A stretch of DNA of 64,000 bases from the human T2T-CHM13v2.0 reference genome, Homo sapiens, in the NCBI RefSeq assembly GCF_009914755.1, contig NC_060927.1. One strand, written 5' to 3'. Position 1 is the first letter of the stretch. Each line of letters opens with the position of its first letter. Shown one piece after another: positions 29,316 to 50,863 of the stretch. Position numbers and translations under genes: made by a program. The notes beneath the pieces are model-generated. The model ran no database searches and was not told where the DNA came from. It saw only the letters and a program-made list of their open reading frames with translations.

Positions 29316-31144
29316 TCAGGAAAAAACTGTTCCAAATTAAAAATTTCAACTCAAAACTATGTACTTGAAATGTAGAGAACACTGCACCAAATAAATGCAG
29401 ACTAGACTACACATTATTTTCAAGTGTACACAGAACATTTACCAAAATTAACCATACACTAGTGAATAAAGTGTATCAGCAAATTTTAAAAGATGGAAAT
29501 CATACAAAGGATATTTTCTGACAATAAAAAATTAAGCTAGAAATAGATAACAAAAAGAAACTAAAAAATCCTTTTATGTTTGTCTGTAGTTCTAAATAAC
29601 CCTTGGGTCAAAGAAGAATTACAATGAAATTACAAAATATTTTTAATCTAATGTGTGAGATGCAGCCAGAATTATGCTTAAAGAGAAATGTATTGCCTGA
29701 AATCTATATATTGAAATAGAAAAAGCCTAAAAATAATGACCTTAAAAAGAAAGCAATCAAACCTAAAGCAAGTAGAATAAAAGATACAAGATAGATGAGA
29801 GCAGAAATAAGTGAAATTAAAAAGCTTACAACAGATCAAATAAAAAAATCGAACAGTTGGTTCTTTACAGATGAATAAAATTGATTTTTTAAAAAAGGAG
29901 CAAAAGCACAAAGACCAGCATTAGGAATGAAGAAGGATAAGCCACTACAGAGCATGGAGACATCACAAAGGTCATAATAGGAGAACTATGAACAACTTTA
30001 TATCAAGAAATGTTAAAATGTATACAATAGACAAAATTATATTAAAAACTAACTAAACAAAAATAAAGTCCACTTAGTAAGCCTGATATAAGAAGAAAAA
30101 GAAAGCCTGAATATTCCTATATCTAAAAATAAACTGTAAATGATTATTAAAATCATTCACACCAAGTCAATTCCAGGACCAGATTTGCTTTACCTATGAG
30201 CTCCATCAAACATTTAAGAAAGAAATGACACTAATTTTATGCAGAAAGTTTCCAGAAAATAATAAAAGGGCACATGATTGGCATCATTCTCTATGTAGGT
30301 AATTCAAAAGAATATACAAGTAAAGTATAGAGTTAAGTGAATTCAGACAGGACACTAAATACAAAATCAATATAAGATCAATTTTATTTATCAGCCACAA
30401 TAATTAGAAAGTTCAAAAAATAATTATTTGCAGTAGGATCAAAGGGCTTCAAATACCTAGAAATAATAAAGAGCTCTCCACCAAAAATAAAAATAAAACA
30501 TTACTGAAAGGAAATAAAGAATACTTAAATAAATAGAAAAATATATGGATACTAAGTTCCTGAACTGGAAAGCTCAAGATTGTAGAAATGTGAGGTCTTT
30601 CCAAATTAATTTGTAGATTCAGTGCAATCCAAATCAAAATTTCAGTAGATATTTTTCTTGCCAATCTGATTTACAAATGTATATGACTTTAAATGGCCAA
30701 GAATAGCCAAAAATTATCTTGAAGAAAAGACAGTCGAAGGACTATTCTGACTTATTTCACCCAACATCAGGACTTATCATTAAGCTATAGTAATTAAGAC
30801 ATTTTTCATTTGTGCAAAAACAGAAAATATAGACCAATGGAGCAGAATAAATATTAGAAGCAGACCTAACACATTTGGGGAAATTTGACTTATGACAAAG
30901 GTGGCAGTGTAGAATAGTGGGCAAAGACCTTCTTACAATAAATGATGCTGGAAGAATTAGTTATCCATGTGGAAAACAATGAAACTAGAGCCCTTCTCAC
31001 ACCACACAGAAAAATCAGTTTCAAGTGAATAATAGATCTAAAGATGAAAGGTTAACAATGACCTTCACGAAGGTAGCATTGGAGAATATAGCTATGACCT
31101 TAGGGCAGTAAAGATTACTTTAACAGGACATTAAAAAAAAAGTT

Positions 31145-31380
31145 GGCCAGGCACAGTGGCTCACACCTGTAATCCCAGCACTTTGGGAGGCCGAGGCGGG
31201 CGGATCACGAGGTCAGGAGTTCGAGACCAGCCTGACCAACATGGTGAAATCCTGTCTCTACTAAAAATACAAAAATTAGCCAGGCATGATGGCATGCACC
31301 TGTAATCTCTGCTACTCGAGAGGCTGAGACAGGAGAATCATTTGAACCTGAGAGGTAGAGGTTGCAAAAACAAAACAAAA
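31145..31380 (+). mobile_element. AluSg-like element lacking the end of the right arm
   Basis: ggatcacgaggtcaggagttcgagacc; stops at gaggttgca (31366) and runs into an A-rich tail. Confidence 0.93.
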
Positions 31381-31618
31381 CTGATCAACTGAACTACAGG
31401 AAAATTAAAAACTTCTTTTCAACAAAATGTCTTATTAAATGTGTGAACAAGCATGCCACAAAGATAGAAAAGATAATAGTATATACAATTGACAAAGGAC
31501 TTATATCTTGAATAATAAGTCCTATAAATTATAAGAAAAATATAATAAAATAGAAAAGTGGTCAAACTACTGAACAGATACTTCACAGGAGGATATCTAA
31601 GTGGTCAATAAATATATT

Positions 31619-31815
31619 AACCTGGCCAACATAGTGAAACCCCATCTCTACTAAAAATACAAAAATTAGCTGGGTGTGGTGGCGCATGCCTGTAGTCCCA
31701 GCTATGTGGGAGGCCAAGGCAGGAGACTCGCTTGAACTGAGAGGCAAATCTTGCAGTGAGCCAAGATCGCGCTACTGCACTCCAGCCTGGGCAACAATGC
31801 AAGACTCCATCTCTC
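31619..31815 (+). mobile_element. 5'-truncated Alu
   Basis: cctggccaacatagtgaaacccc...linker...gactccatctc. Confidence 0.92.
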
Positions 31816-31825
31816 TCTCTCGCTC

Positions 31826-32180
31826 CATATATATATATAAAAAAACATATATATAGGGAGAGAGAGATATATATATATAACATATATATCAAATATATGT
31901 ATATGTTGTGCATATACATGTTAACATATATATGTTATGATATATTTATGATATATATGATATATCTGATATATCTCAGATATATCTGATATATATCTGA
32001 TATATCTGAGATATATCTATCAGATATATCTGAGAAATATCTGATATATCTGATATATATCTGATATATATGATATATATCAGATATATCTGATATATAT
32101 GATATATAGATATGATATATATGATATATAGGGATATATATCATAACATATATATATCCCCCTATATATACATATATGTA
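31826..32180. repeat. AT-rich palindromic low-complexity repeat (GATATATC-based)
   Basis: Many gatatatc(t) units; perfect 20-bp inverted repeat at 31926-31945 / 32136-32155. Confidence 0.9.
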
Positions 32181-34884
32181 GGGAGATTAAAAGGAGTTAA
32201 AAGGTGCTCAGCTTCATAAGTTTTCAACAAAATCCAAATACAAAATATGGTATCACTCTACACACAGAATGGGAGAAAAAAGACTAACAATACCAAATGA
32301 TGTTGAAAATGTAGAACAACTGGAATTATAACATTCTCCTAGTAAAAGCTGAAAGTGACGCCATTTTGAAAAACTGATAATATCAAGTGAAGCTGAATTA
32401 AAATATGCACAACATTTTTTCCAAAAATTTCACTCTAGGTATAAGCCCAACAGAAAAAGGTGCATATATTCATCAGAAAACATGTAAAATAATGTTCATA
32501 GCAGCATTAATTCAATAATCAAAAACTGGAAACAATTCCAAATCCTATCAACAGTAACAGTGATTTAAAAAATAATAATAATTCACTTCAAGGCCATATA
32601 ATGGATACAATACAAAGTACAAATGGGCAACTTCTACCAAGAACATGAAGATTCCACAAGCATATGTTGACTGAAAGCAGCCAGGCCCAAACACTATTAT
32701 GCTAGCAAGTAAATTTGTCAAACATTCAAAATTATTTTGGAGTTAGATGCCAGAATAGTATCACTTTTGGGAGAAGGGAAGATGTATTATTGAATGGGGA
32801 CATGAGAGCTTCTAGGGTGTTGATAGTGCTGTATTTCTTGGATTGGGTGGTACTTATGTGGGTGAGTTCACTTTGTGATTGAACCATATGTTTATATGTG
32901 CACTTTTTATATGCAGAAGTATGTTATACTTCAGTGAAAAAGTTTATTTTAAAAAATACTTACAATTTTTAAATGATATTTTTAAATATTTCTTCAACAA
33001 CTGTTCCAAAGCAATCTAGAGTCTATGCTTTCTGAAGTTCATCATAATTTAAAAATAAATACTAGTTACATGTTCAATGTTAACTTACAATGGTTAGAAC
33101 AGGTCAACAGTGGAAAAGAAATAAAATCCAATGTATATTAAAATATTAGTAAATAAAATAACAAACTTACATAGTAGACCTCAGCCTTGGTTGATTATTC
33201 CCAAAACACTTTACTGTATTAACTTGCTGGGAAAAAATACATATGTGATACACTCTACATAGGTAGGAAAACTCATGTATTAACAATCTAGACCTGGATT
33301 ATTTCAATACATTTTTTTTACTTAAGAAAGAAACCATAAAGAAAATGTGTATAAGAAATTATAAAATGAAAAAGAGTTGTACATTCAAATGAGGGATTAA
33401 AGAAATGCTATATGAAAATGAGGTATTTACATTTAAATTTCTATAAAACGTATCTACTAATGAAAAAGAAACATGAAAAAGAATGACAATATGAGAATTG
33501 CTGAAAACAGAGCAATTTGAACATCAGGATTTAAGCATTTCTTTTGAAGCAGTCAGCACTAATATATTCCTTCATTCCTGATACACAATGATACATGAGT
33601 TAAAATTTAATTACACCCACCACAAAAAATAAACAAGTTCAGATATAATTATTCTTTATCTGCAACCCCATTCAGAGCATTTGGTCTCAGCCTGCATTTA
33701 ATATTTACAGTACTCTTCAAATAGGGATATAGTCATCAAGTGCCCATTCTATGTTCAAGATTTTGATGCTAAGTCAGGCAAGGTATGAATCCCTAGGGCA
33801 GGCAATGTAAGTGGTTAAAAAAAAAAATGAAAACAGAACTTGAATTCCTTCAAGCTGATTTACCCCACAGAAATATTTAGAATGGAAGGAAAAAATACCT
33901 TACATGGTGTCTGGTTTTGTTTTATTTTTATTTATTTATTTATTTTTTGCACTTGAGACTTTTTGTTTTGACTTGCCTTTTTTTAATTTATTTTTTGTGT
34001 TTATACAGTTTAGAAATGAAGTTCAGCCTGCTGAGAACTGGTGTCCCATTTTCACGTTTTTGGTTTATTCCTCCGAGTTGCTTATATCTTTTACCAAAAT
34101 CTAAATAAGTAATAAGTATCATCCATTCCCATGTTTGGAAGAAAGGTGATAAATCTACGTGATTTCGAGTAGACTAAGCTTGGGGTTAATTTCCTAAAAA
34201 ATTCCGGAACTTTCAAACTATTAAATCTAGCATCAAGCTGCTTTGCAAATATTTACACAGCTTCATTTTATTATGTTAAGGCCTTGTTTTAAAGCTCTTA
34301 TAAGTTTCTATTTGTTTTGGCATAAAATGTCCATATGTCCACATGGTGCTTAATGTGGTGAATTATTTTTCTCTTTAAACCACTTTTTCCTCCCTAAATC
34401 TTCTTAAACCTTAAACTGTGGTCCATGTTCACACTCAGCTGTTCCCAGGGAGGCTGGTGAATGCAATGCTAAATTTTCACTACCTCTTTGATGTTTTTCT
34501 TTATTTGCTTTATGTCATATATAACTTGTTTTACTAGAACATCTTGAACAGGAAGTGGACTGTCAGGACACTATTAAAAACGTGGTGGTATTGACAGGAT
34601 ATAAACAGGGAGATGAGAAGGAAGAAACAAGTAGCCAAGAGGAAAATATTAGATGACAGTTAAAATTTAAATGATAACATAAAAGAAGTCAGCTCAGAAT
34701 TGCTCTATCCCTGACACACTAACCCTAGTGCCTGGCACATAGCAGGTATTCAATAGTATAATTTGAAATTTGTTAATAATTCTCAGAGCAAACCATGGTG
34801 GCAAGACTAAGATCAAAAGGTAGTTTGGGGGACATATATTATTATATATTACATTATATATTATTACATGCTGTATATAATATA

Positions 34885-35030
34885 TAACCTTGATCTTCTG
34901 AGCCACTGTTTTTCATCAATAAAAACATGAAGACAATATCCACCAAAAACTTTCATTATGAAGATCAGAAGAAATAGTTTATGTGATGCATCCAGTAAGT
35001 ACCAAGAACTAGTAGGCAATCAATAAATGG
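34885..35030 (+). mobile_element. MIR fragment (an L2 3' end lies at ~34715-34770)
   Basis: ttctgagccactgtttttcatcaataaaa...tatgaagatcagaagaaatagtttatgtga. Confidence 0.55.
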
Positions 35031-36225
35031 CTATGATTTCTTCTCAAACATTTATATACACACACATATAGCTATAATCAGATGTGTGGAAAACATAGAG
35101 GCCAAAATGAACTTTTAAAGAGGGAAAAAGTCATTCAAAGTTGTGATCATCTTGTTATAACTTGTTACATGTCTACTGCTGACCAAGTTTCATAAGCATT
35201 TCCTGTTTTAAAATCAGCTTTCCGGTGACACAGGAGAAAGAGTAATGACTATGGCCGCCAATTTTCTCATCCAGACATCATGGAATATCAGATGGACCTT
35301 ATATTGATAACCATTTTCTTTAAGGCTCAGGGAAATTCCCTTCTTAATTGTCACTTATTAAAAATAAGGACAATTATATGGTCAAAAAATAGTGTTATTT
35401 ATCCTCTTTAGAAATCTAATGATGGTTTATGTATCTTAGATACATAACTTGGCATCCTTGATAAACTAAAGTAGATATAAAACAGGCCCTTTTTACACTT
35501 TAGTCAAGTCTTTTTGTCCTAAATCAATATGGCTGCGCCCATCAGGGTTTGACAGGATTGGTCCAGTCATTGTCATTACTGAGGATGTCATCTCCAAAAT
35601 TATATGTGGACCCTGGGAATTTATGTCGTTCCGGGAGACCAGGCAATGGACCTAATCCTTGCTGGTCATCACCTTCACTGCAACCTCATTTACAATTCAA
35701 TAGCATTGTTACTTGCTGGTCCCTCACTGTATCTCCAGACAGATCACAGAGATGCCCTTGACACCTCTCCACCGCCATGGTGAACTCTAACCCACTGCTC
35801 CTCAGTATCCTCCCAACGAATACACACAACTGTTTCCTCCATTTAGAAAATACATCTCCATTATCTCATAAAAACCACCCACCCCAAACTCTCCATTCTC
35901 CAATCTCTTTCCCTTCACCTCATCTTTTCCTCAGAAGTCCTGCTTTGAGCTTGTTCATTGGCTTTAAAATATAAAGCAGCTTTAATTTCCCTTGGGACAA
36001 GGGGTCCAGGAACAAATTGTCAAGGCTGTATTCTAAAGGTGATATGTTGGGTAATGTGAAGGTCAGAAGGGAAATAATTACTTTTTATTCATTCAATTTC
36101 TAATAGAAGCAAGACAAAGTAGAACTTAAAATCTCAGTAGGTAGTCCTTTCACATAAATAAATCATAAGGAAAAGCAGTCTTCAGTAATGAGAAGTCAGG
36201 CAAACCAGGGTTTAATCTCTAAGTC

Positions 36226-36815
36226 CATATGATCCACCAATTCCACTCCCACGTATATACCCAAAGGAAATAAAACATGTCTACATAAAAACTTGTGCAC
36301 AAATGTTTATGACAGCATTATTCATAATACCCCCAAAATGGAGACAACCAAATTTCCATTCACTGATGAATGAATAAACAAAATGTAATATGTCCATATA
36401 ATGGAATATTATTCAGCAATAAAAAGGAATGAAATACTTATGCATACTACAACATAGATGAACTTTGAAAACATACCCTAAGTAAAATAAGTCAAAAACA
36501 CTACATGTTGTATGATCCCATTTATACAAAATGTCCAGAATAGGTAAACTGATAGAGACAGAAAGTAGCTTAGCTGCTTAGTGGGGTGGCGGGGGAGGTA
36601 CAACAAGGGAGATGGAGGGGTGAACAGTTTAGATGGGGGAAGAATGAGCATACCTGCTAATAAGTGTGGAGTTTCTTTGGGAGATGATGAAAATGTTCTA
36701 AAATTAGAGTGTGGTGTTGGTACAACCTTGCCAATATACTCAAAACCATTGAGTTGAACAACGTAAATGAATGAATTTTATGATGTGATTTATATTTCAG
36801 TAAAGCTATTTTAAA
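36226..36815 (+). mobile_element. L1MB 3' end inserted in a MIR (MIR pieces at ~36180-36225 and 36816-36960)
   Basis: ccatatgatccaccaattccactcc...gatgatgaaaatgttctaaaattag; the MIR resumes with tgactttgggcaagttacttaacctct. Confidence 0.85.
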
Positions 36816-36961
36816 AACACTGAATGACTTTGGGCAAGTTACTTAACCTCTAGAACTCTGTTTTCCCCTCTGAAAAATAAAAATAATACTACTTACTTCA
36901 CAGGGGTACTGTGAAGCAGTGTCTGGAAAGACACATGGCATGGAGTACATGTTCAATAATT

Positions 36962-37285
36962 TTCTTCTTTTCTTTCTTTTTTTTTCTTTTTTTTTTTTTT
37001 TTTGAGACATAGTTTTGCTCGGTCACCCAGGCTGGAGTGCAATGGTACAATCTCAGCTCACTGTAACCTCTGCCTCCTGGTTCAAGCAATTATCATGCCT
37101 CAGCCTCCCATGTAGCTGGGATTACAGGTGCCTGCCATCGTGCCCAGCTAATTTTTTTTATTTTTAATAGAGACTGGGTTTCACCAGGTTGGCCAGGCTG
37201 GTCTTGAACTCTTGACCTGAAGTCATCCTCCTGCCTTAGCCTCCCAAAGTGCTGGTATTACAGGCATGAGCCACCACGCCTGGCC
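36962..37285 (-). mobile_element. Full-length AluS
   Basis: Both arms and poly(T); TSD caataattt on both sides. Confidence 0.96.
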
Positions 37286-38743
37286 CAATAATTTCTTTAT
37301 CTTTCCTTCTGTGTATTTCTGCCTTCCTACTTTTATTCAAATTGTTCAGGAACTCAATTTTCTGTTTAAGTGTGATAGAGGTATTCTCAGTTTCTCAGAG
37401 GTAGTAATAGGGTTTGCATTCATTAAATCATAAAGGATCATGTTTCTTCTTATCTAGGAAGCCAAGATAAATTGTACTAAGAAGTAGAATGTATTAGATA
37501 ATATAAAATAATATAAAACACATAGAAACTTGTATTAGGGTGCAAATCAGACACATGTGCCCATACAGTTTAAAAATATATAGATAAATGTAATTGAGAG
37601 TATAGTATTACCATAATGAAGGACATATAGATTAATGGAACACAAAAGAGTCCAGAAGTGGACATATACACATATATGATTAATTGACTTTGAACAGAGA
37701 TGCCAAGGTAATTCAATAAAGAATGATAGTCTGTTCAAAAAATGACACTGGAAGAACTGGATATCCACAAGGAAAAAATGAACTTTGACCCTTACCTCGA
37801 AACATACATTTTTAAAAACTCAAAATGGATTATGTAACTAAATTTAAAAGCCAGAAGTTATAAAACTTTTAGAAGAAAAAATGAGAAAATCTCCATGACT
37901 TTGAGTTAAGCAAGTAAATCTTAGAAAATAAAAAGCACAAGCCATTTTTTAAAACAGTAAATTGGACTTTACCAAAATTAAAAACTTTAGCACTTCCAAA
38001 GGCACCATCAAGAAAACTAAAAGGTAAGCCCAAACTGCAAGAAAATATTCGTAATACATATATCTGACAAATACTTAGTATTCACAATTTATAGAGAACT
38101 CTTGAAACTCAAAAGGAAGAAAACAACTCAAGTAGAAAGTGGGTATATGAAATGAGCTTGACACTAGTCATTCAAGAAATGCAAATTAAAACCATCATGT
38201 GATGCCACTGAAACTTTACTACAATGGCTAAAATTATAACAGACTGATAATACCAAGTGTTGGCAAGGATGTGGAGCAACTGGTATTTCATATATTGTAT
38301 TCAAGATGTAAAATTGTACAGTCACTTTGGAAAATTGTGTGGTGGTTTGTTATAAACTTACACTTTTACCATATGACCCAACAATCCCACTTCTAGGTAT
38401 TTTCATGATACAAATGATGGTACATGTTCATATAAGGACTTGTACACAAATGTTCACGTAAATTTTATTTGTAGTAGCCAAAAACCAAAAACACCTCAAA
38501 TTCCATCACCAGATAGATGGATAAACAAATGGTGGTATATCCATACAATGGAATATGAAATGGTTGAGTTTATGTGTCACTTTTGCTAGATATTTGGAAA
38601 AACATTATTCTAGATGTTTCTGTGAAGGTATTTTTTAGATGAAGTTAACATTTAAATCAGTACACTTTGAGTAAAGCAGATTACATTCCATAATGTGGAT
38701 GGGCCTCATCCAATCAGTAAAAGGCCTTAATAGAAAAGGACTG

Positions 38744-46442
<7,699 letters not shown>

Positions 46443-46865
46443 AGAGAAACACTGACCTCCCCTGAAAAGAGAATTCTGGCAGCAGACTCCCTTCAGCATC
46501 AACTCTTCCTTCAGCCTGCCTGCCTACTCTGCAGATTGTGGACTTGGCAGCCTCCACGATCATATAAAAAAATTCCTTAAAATAAACTTCTTCCTCTAGA
46601 TAGACAGGGGTGATGGATGGGTGGATGGATGGATAGATGGATGGATGGATGGATGGATGGATGGATGGATGGATGGATGGATGGATGAATGAATGAATGG
46701 ACAGATAAATTTGTTCTGTTTCTCTGGAGAACCCTAACTAATACAGGATACACTTCAGCAATTTAAAAGGATGGACCACAGAAACATACAAAGTTTTTTC
46801 TCTCAAAAACATTATGCTGAGTTAAAGAAGCGTACAAAAGGGAACTTATTGTATAATTCCATTGA

Positions 46866-47810
46866 CAGCTGGCCCTCCACATCCATAGGTTCTGCATCTG
46901 CAAATTCAACCAACTGTAGATTGAAAATATTCAAAACTAGTACAGCCACTATGGAAAACAGTGTGGAGATTCCTTAAAGAACTAAAAGTAGAACTACTAT
47001 TTGATCCAGCAATCCTACTACTGGGTATCTACCCAGAGGAAAAGAAGCCATTATTCAAAAAAGATACTTGCACATGCATGTTTATAGCAGCATGATTCAC
47101 AATTGCAAAATCATAGAACCTACCCAAATCCCCATCAATGAATGAGTGGATAAAGAAACTGTGGCATATATGTATGACGGAATACTACTCAGCAATAAAA
47201 ATGGATGGATGAACAGCATTTGCAGTGACCTGGATAAGGTTAGAGACTACCATTCTAAGAGAAATAACTCAGGAATGGGAAACATTCACTGATATGTGGG
47301 AGCTAAGCTATGAGGACACAAAGGCATAAGAATGATACAATGGACTTTGGGGACTTGGGAATAGTGGGAGGGGGATGAAGGATAAAAGACTACGAATAAG
47401 ACGCAGTGTATACTGCTCCAGTGATGGTGCACCAAAATCTCACAAATCACCACTAAAGAACTTACTCATGTACCCAAATTCCACCTGTACCCCAATAACT
47501 TATGGAAAAATAAAAATAATAAAAAGAAAATATTCAAAAAGTGCTTAAAATAAAAATAACAATACAACAATAAAAAGTAATGCAAATTTCAAAATACAAT
47601 ATAACAACTATTTACATAGCTTTTTTTGTGTTAGGTATTATAAGTAATCTAGAGACGATTTTAAGTATAGGAAAGGATATGCACAGGCTGTGTGCAAATA
47701 CTACTCTATTTTGCATAAGGGACTTGAACATTCACAGATTTTGGTATTCTTGGGGTGGAAGAGGGCGAATGGAGTTGGAGCCAGTCCCCCCAGATACCAG
47801 GGAACACCTG
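46866..47810 (+). mobile_element. Tigger3-like (TcMar) element split by L1PB1
   Basis: TIR-like ends cagctggccctccacatcc / cagataccagggaacacctg followed by ta; internal aagtaatctagagacgatttt. Confidence 0.8.
46937..47525 (+). mobile_element. 5'-truncated L1PB1-like 3' end
   Basis: Ends taccccaataacttatggaaaaataaaa; perfect 14-bp TSD gaaaatattcaaaa (46923-46936 / 47526-47539). Confidence 0.92.
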
Positions 47811-48084
47811 TATATAAAACTAGGAAAGACACAACTCATCTTTACTGATAGAAAGCGGATCAATGGTCATCTGTGGATGGAGGTAGGAGGCATCATTCAC
47901 CAGGAATGGGCATAAGAAAACTTTTCAGAGTAAAGTAATAATAATGTTCTACATCTTGCCTATGGTAGTGGTTACAAAAGTGTATACATTTGTCAAAACT
48001 AATCAAACTGTACACTTTAAATTCATGGACTTTATTATATTTAAATAATACCTAAAAACAGAGAGGAAAAAATACACCAGTGCA

Positions 48085-48590
48085 TTAAGATTAGATTTGA
48101 CTACAGGCAATAGAAAATAGAAAAATAGTAAGTGGGACAATGTGGAGAAGTTTTTCTTTCATATGTAAAAAGTGCAGAGTCCAAAGGTGTTGCAGGAACT
48201 CCACAGTTGTCCAAAACCTGGCTTTCCACTCCACCATCCCTAGATGAAGGATGTATCCTCACGGCCCAAGGAGCTCCAGCCATCACAGCTGCCTTTCAAG
48301 CAGCAAGATGGAGGAAGGGTGGAGACAGGGTCCAAAGGCAGGGTCAGATGTCTTATATTAAAGGTGCGCCAAGGTTTCACCACCACTTCCACTTATATCC
48401 TATCAGCCATCTCTTACTTGCATAGCCCCATCCAGCTAAAGAGTGAAGCTGTAAAATATAAGTGTTTTGTTTTGTTTTGTTTTGTTTTTAGCCATGGCAT
48501 ACTGGCCATATGCATGGCTAAAAAATGAAGATTTTAACAAAAAGAGAAACAAATTTCAGTATCAGGGGACAACTGCAATAATCACTGACT
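48085..48590 (-). mobile_element. MaLR LTR (MLT1J-like)
   Basis: gagctccagccatcacagctgcctttcaagcagcaagatggaggaaggg and cacttccacttatatcc. Confidence 0.65.
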
Positions 48591-49579
48591 TAAACAGGGA
48601 ACTCTTTAGAACAGGAATTCATAGTATCCTGAGACTCAGTTACAGAGCTTGGCAGATAATAAATGATCAATAAATTTACAGTGAATGACTGAATGAACTA
48701 ACTGCATCTACGAGGGCAGCGAGGGTGTCTTCTTTCTCCCAAAAATTCAGCACAGAGGGTAAGAACTCCCTGGACACTTGGTTGGTTAATTTACAAGCTA
48801 TTGTTTCCCAGTAGATGAGTTCCATTTATTTTATGTTCTTCATCATCTCTGAAATTTGTTTTCTTGTCCTCATATTGTTTCCTTCTCCAAAGCCATTTTA
48901 AAATAATTGCTCACATTTCTGATACTTTTATCCAGTGACATTCAGCCCAGGAAACACAACTTTAACATGGCCTTTCTTTGGGAGCTTATCCTTGCCACAT
49001 TATCTTGTATTTCATATTAGGTTTGAATTCCTAAGAGTGTCAAATTAGTGTTCCTGGTAGGAATAGAATAGAATCACATGAAATAGAAGCCTATATTTGG
49101 TAGAATAATTCTATTATCTGACAAGTACAAACAGTACACCACATTTGGTTGATACTTTAGGAAAAAATTAATCAGTGCGAGTAAAATAGACTATTATTTT
49201 TATTTAATTATATTATTCTGTTTACAATTCCAGTGAGAACAGTGACTAATGCCAAACTGCAATTGTATTGATTGGCCCAAGTGATGATAAATTACATTTA
49301 ATTTTAAATTTGGTTACCTGAAATTTTCCTTACTGCAAGCAAAATTAGTTTATTTTGGCAATACACAATATAACTGGGCATGTGAGTATAATGAATAATA
49401 ATGAATTCTCAAAACAGTCAAATGAAGATAACTATATATAGCGTCATCAATTCATTTATAAGACATAGAGCTAGATGAGACTTGGAGACCAATCCCCAAG
49501 GACCTAATTTACCTCTTTATTTTAGAGAGGAAACATCTGAGACTGAGACAGCTTACACATCTGGTTAGTGGCCAGTTCA

Positions 49580-49991
49580 TATTTTAGTCCGCTTCTTTAT
49601 GTTGCAAAGAACAACCTCTCACTTGGACAAGCTTAAGAAACAGGGTTATCAATGGAACATGTGTCATGATGGAAGAAACTGTCACATGTCTGGACCTCAG
49701 AGACACAGCACTGAAGAGGGGCTGGGACCAGAGAGAGCCAAGAACTCTAGCAGCAGGAGTTCCTGGAACTTTAGTATCCCAGCAGTATACATTATTCTCA
49801 GTGTCTGCTTCTCTTTGCCTAATACCAAATTCTCACCTCTCCTCTGTTTGTCTTACAGCCTTTTAGCCTTTGCTAACTGGTAATTTGTGCTTTCACATAA
49901 ATTAGGCTTGTTGGGACTCTAGTAATCTCTCTTCACTTTCAATACACATTATGGACATTTTTCTTCTATTTTTAAATTTAATTCTCCCCCC

Positions 49992-50032
<41 letters not shown>

Positions 50033-50220
50033 CTTGCCCAACTCATCTCTTTATATCAAATAATGTTCTGTGTCCTTGGCTCTCAAACATCTTTGGACAA
50101 GTTGCCCAGTGCTAACCCAATAAGCTGTGGCCAGGAGAAGGTTGATTCTCATGTACTCCCAACGGTGACCACCCATAACTGTTTTTGAATAGAGGTGTGG
50201 CCATGGCAGTGTCCCTTTAG
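49580..50220 (-). mobile_element. Very old MaLR LTR (MLT1L/M/N-like) containing a 33-nt poly(A) at 49994-50026
   Basis: tgttgcaaagaacaacctctcacttggacaagcttaag and ccaataagctgtggccagg. Confidence 0.45.
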
Positions 50221-50863
50221 AGAAGACTACGGGGCAGTTCAGGAGTTATTATTGTCATGACTAGTGAACAGAACAAGGGAAAGAACCCACAAAACCCAGT
50301 TCTCCTTCCACTATACCACAGAGGGTCCTCTAGTGCTTGAACAGATACAAATGTTCTGATTTTAAACCCTTGCCAGATATAATTTATGACCATTAAAGAT
50401 AAGCAAACTACTTGTAAGACAGCAGGCATCTCTAACAAGCACAGAGAAAGGGACAAGTAACATTGGGCCTGTTAAGGATAAGAAGTGGACAATCTCCATG
50501 GGGTAAGTCTTGTTAAGGCTGGTTGCTAAAATATTTAGTCATTCTGTACCAGCCAGTAAATAGCAGAAGTTACTGACCCTATAATTCTTAATGTCATTAC
50601 TCTTATCCAGTGACAGCCACAGTGGATTAATTGGGCCTAGAAGTAGGACTAGTAGACTGAGATATCAATAGAGAGGTAGCAGGAAGGATAATACAATGCC
50701 GTTCTGCAACCTATAGCTGCCCAGCACTGACTAGGGTAACAAGCAGACATCAAGGTTGGTGGCACTGCTGACAGCATTGCTTGGGGGCGGAAGGGCTGAT
50801 ATCACCCATATGAGAATCATTGGCATCCACATATTACCTGCCTACCTAATGAGTTTCAATTTA

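Larger units (their letters stand above)
29360..32955 (+). mobile_element. Decayed ancient L1 (L1MD/ME) ORF2 to 3'UTR, interrupted by two Alus
   Basis: Collinear ORF2 remnants: gggtcaaagaagaatt, tagattcagtgcaatccaaatcaaaatttcag, tagaccaatggagcagaata; 3'UTR gggtgagttcactttgtga. Confidence 0.75.

Noticed and set aside
49994-50026. 33-nt poly(A) as the tail of a processed pseudogene
   Set aside because: No upstream poly(A) signal, mRNA-like body or TSD; it lies within an old LTR fragment.
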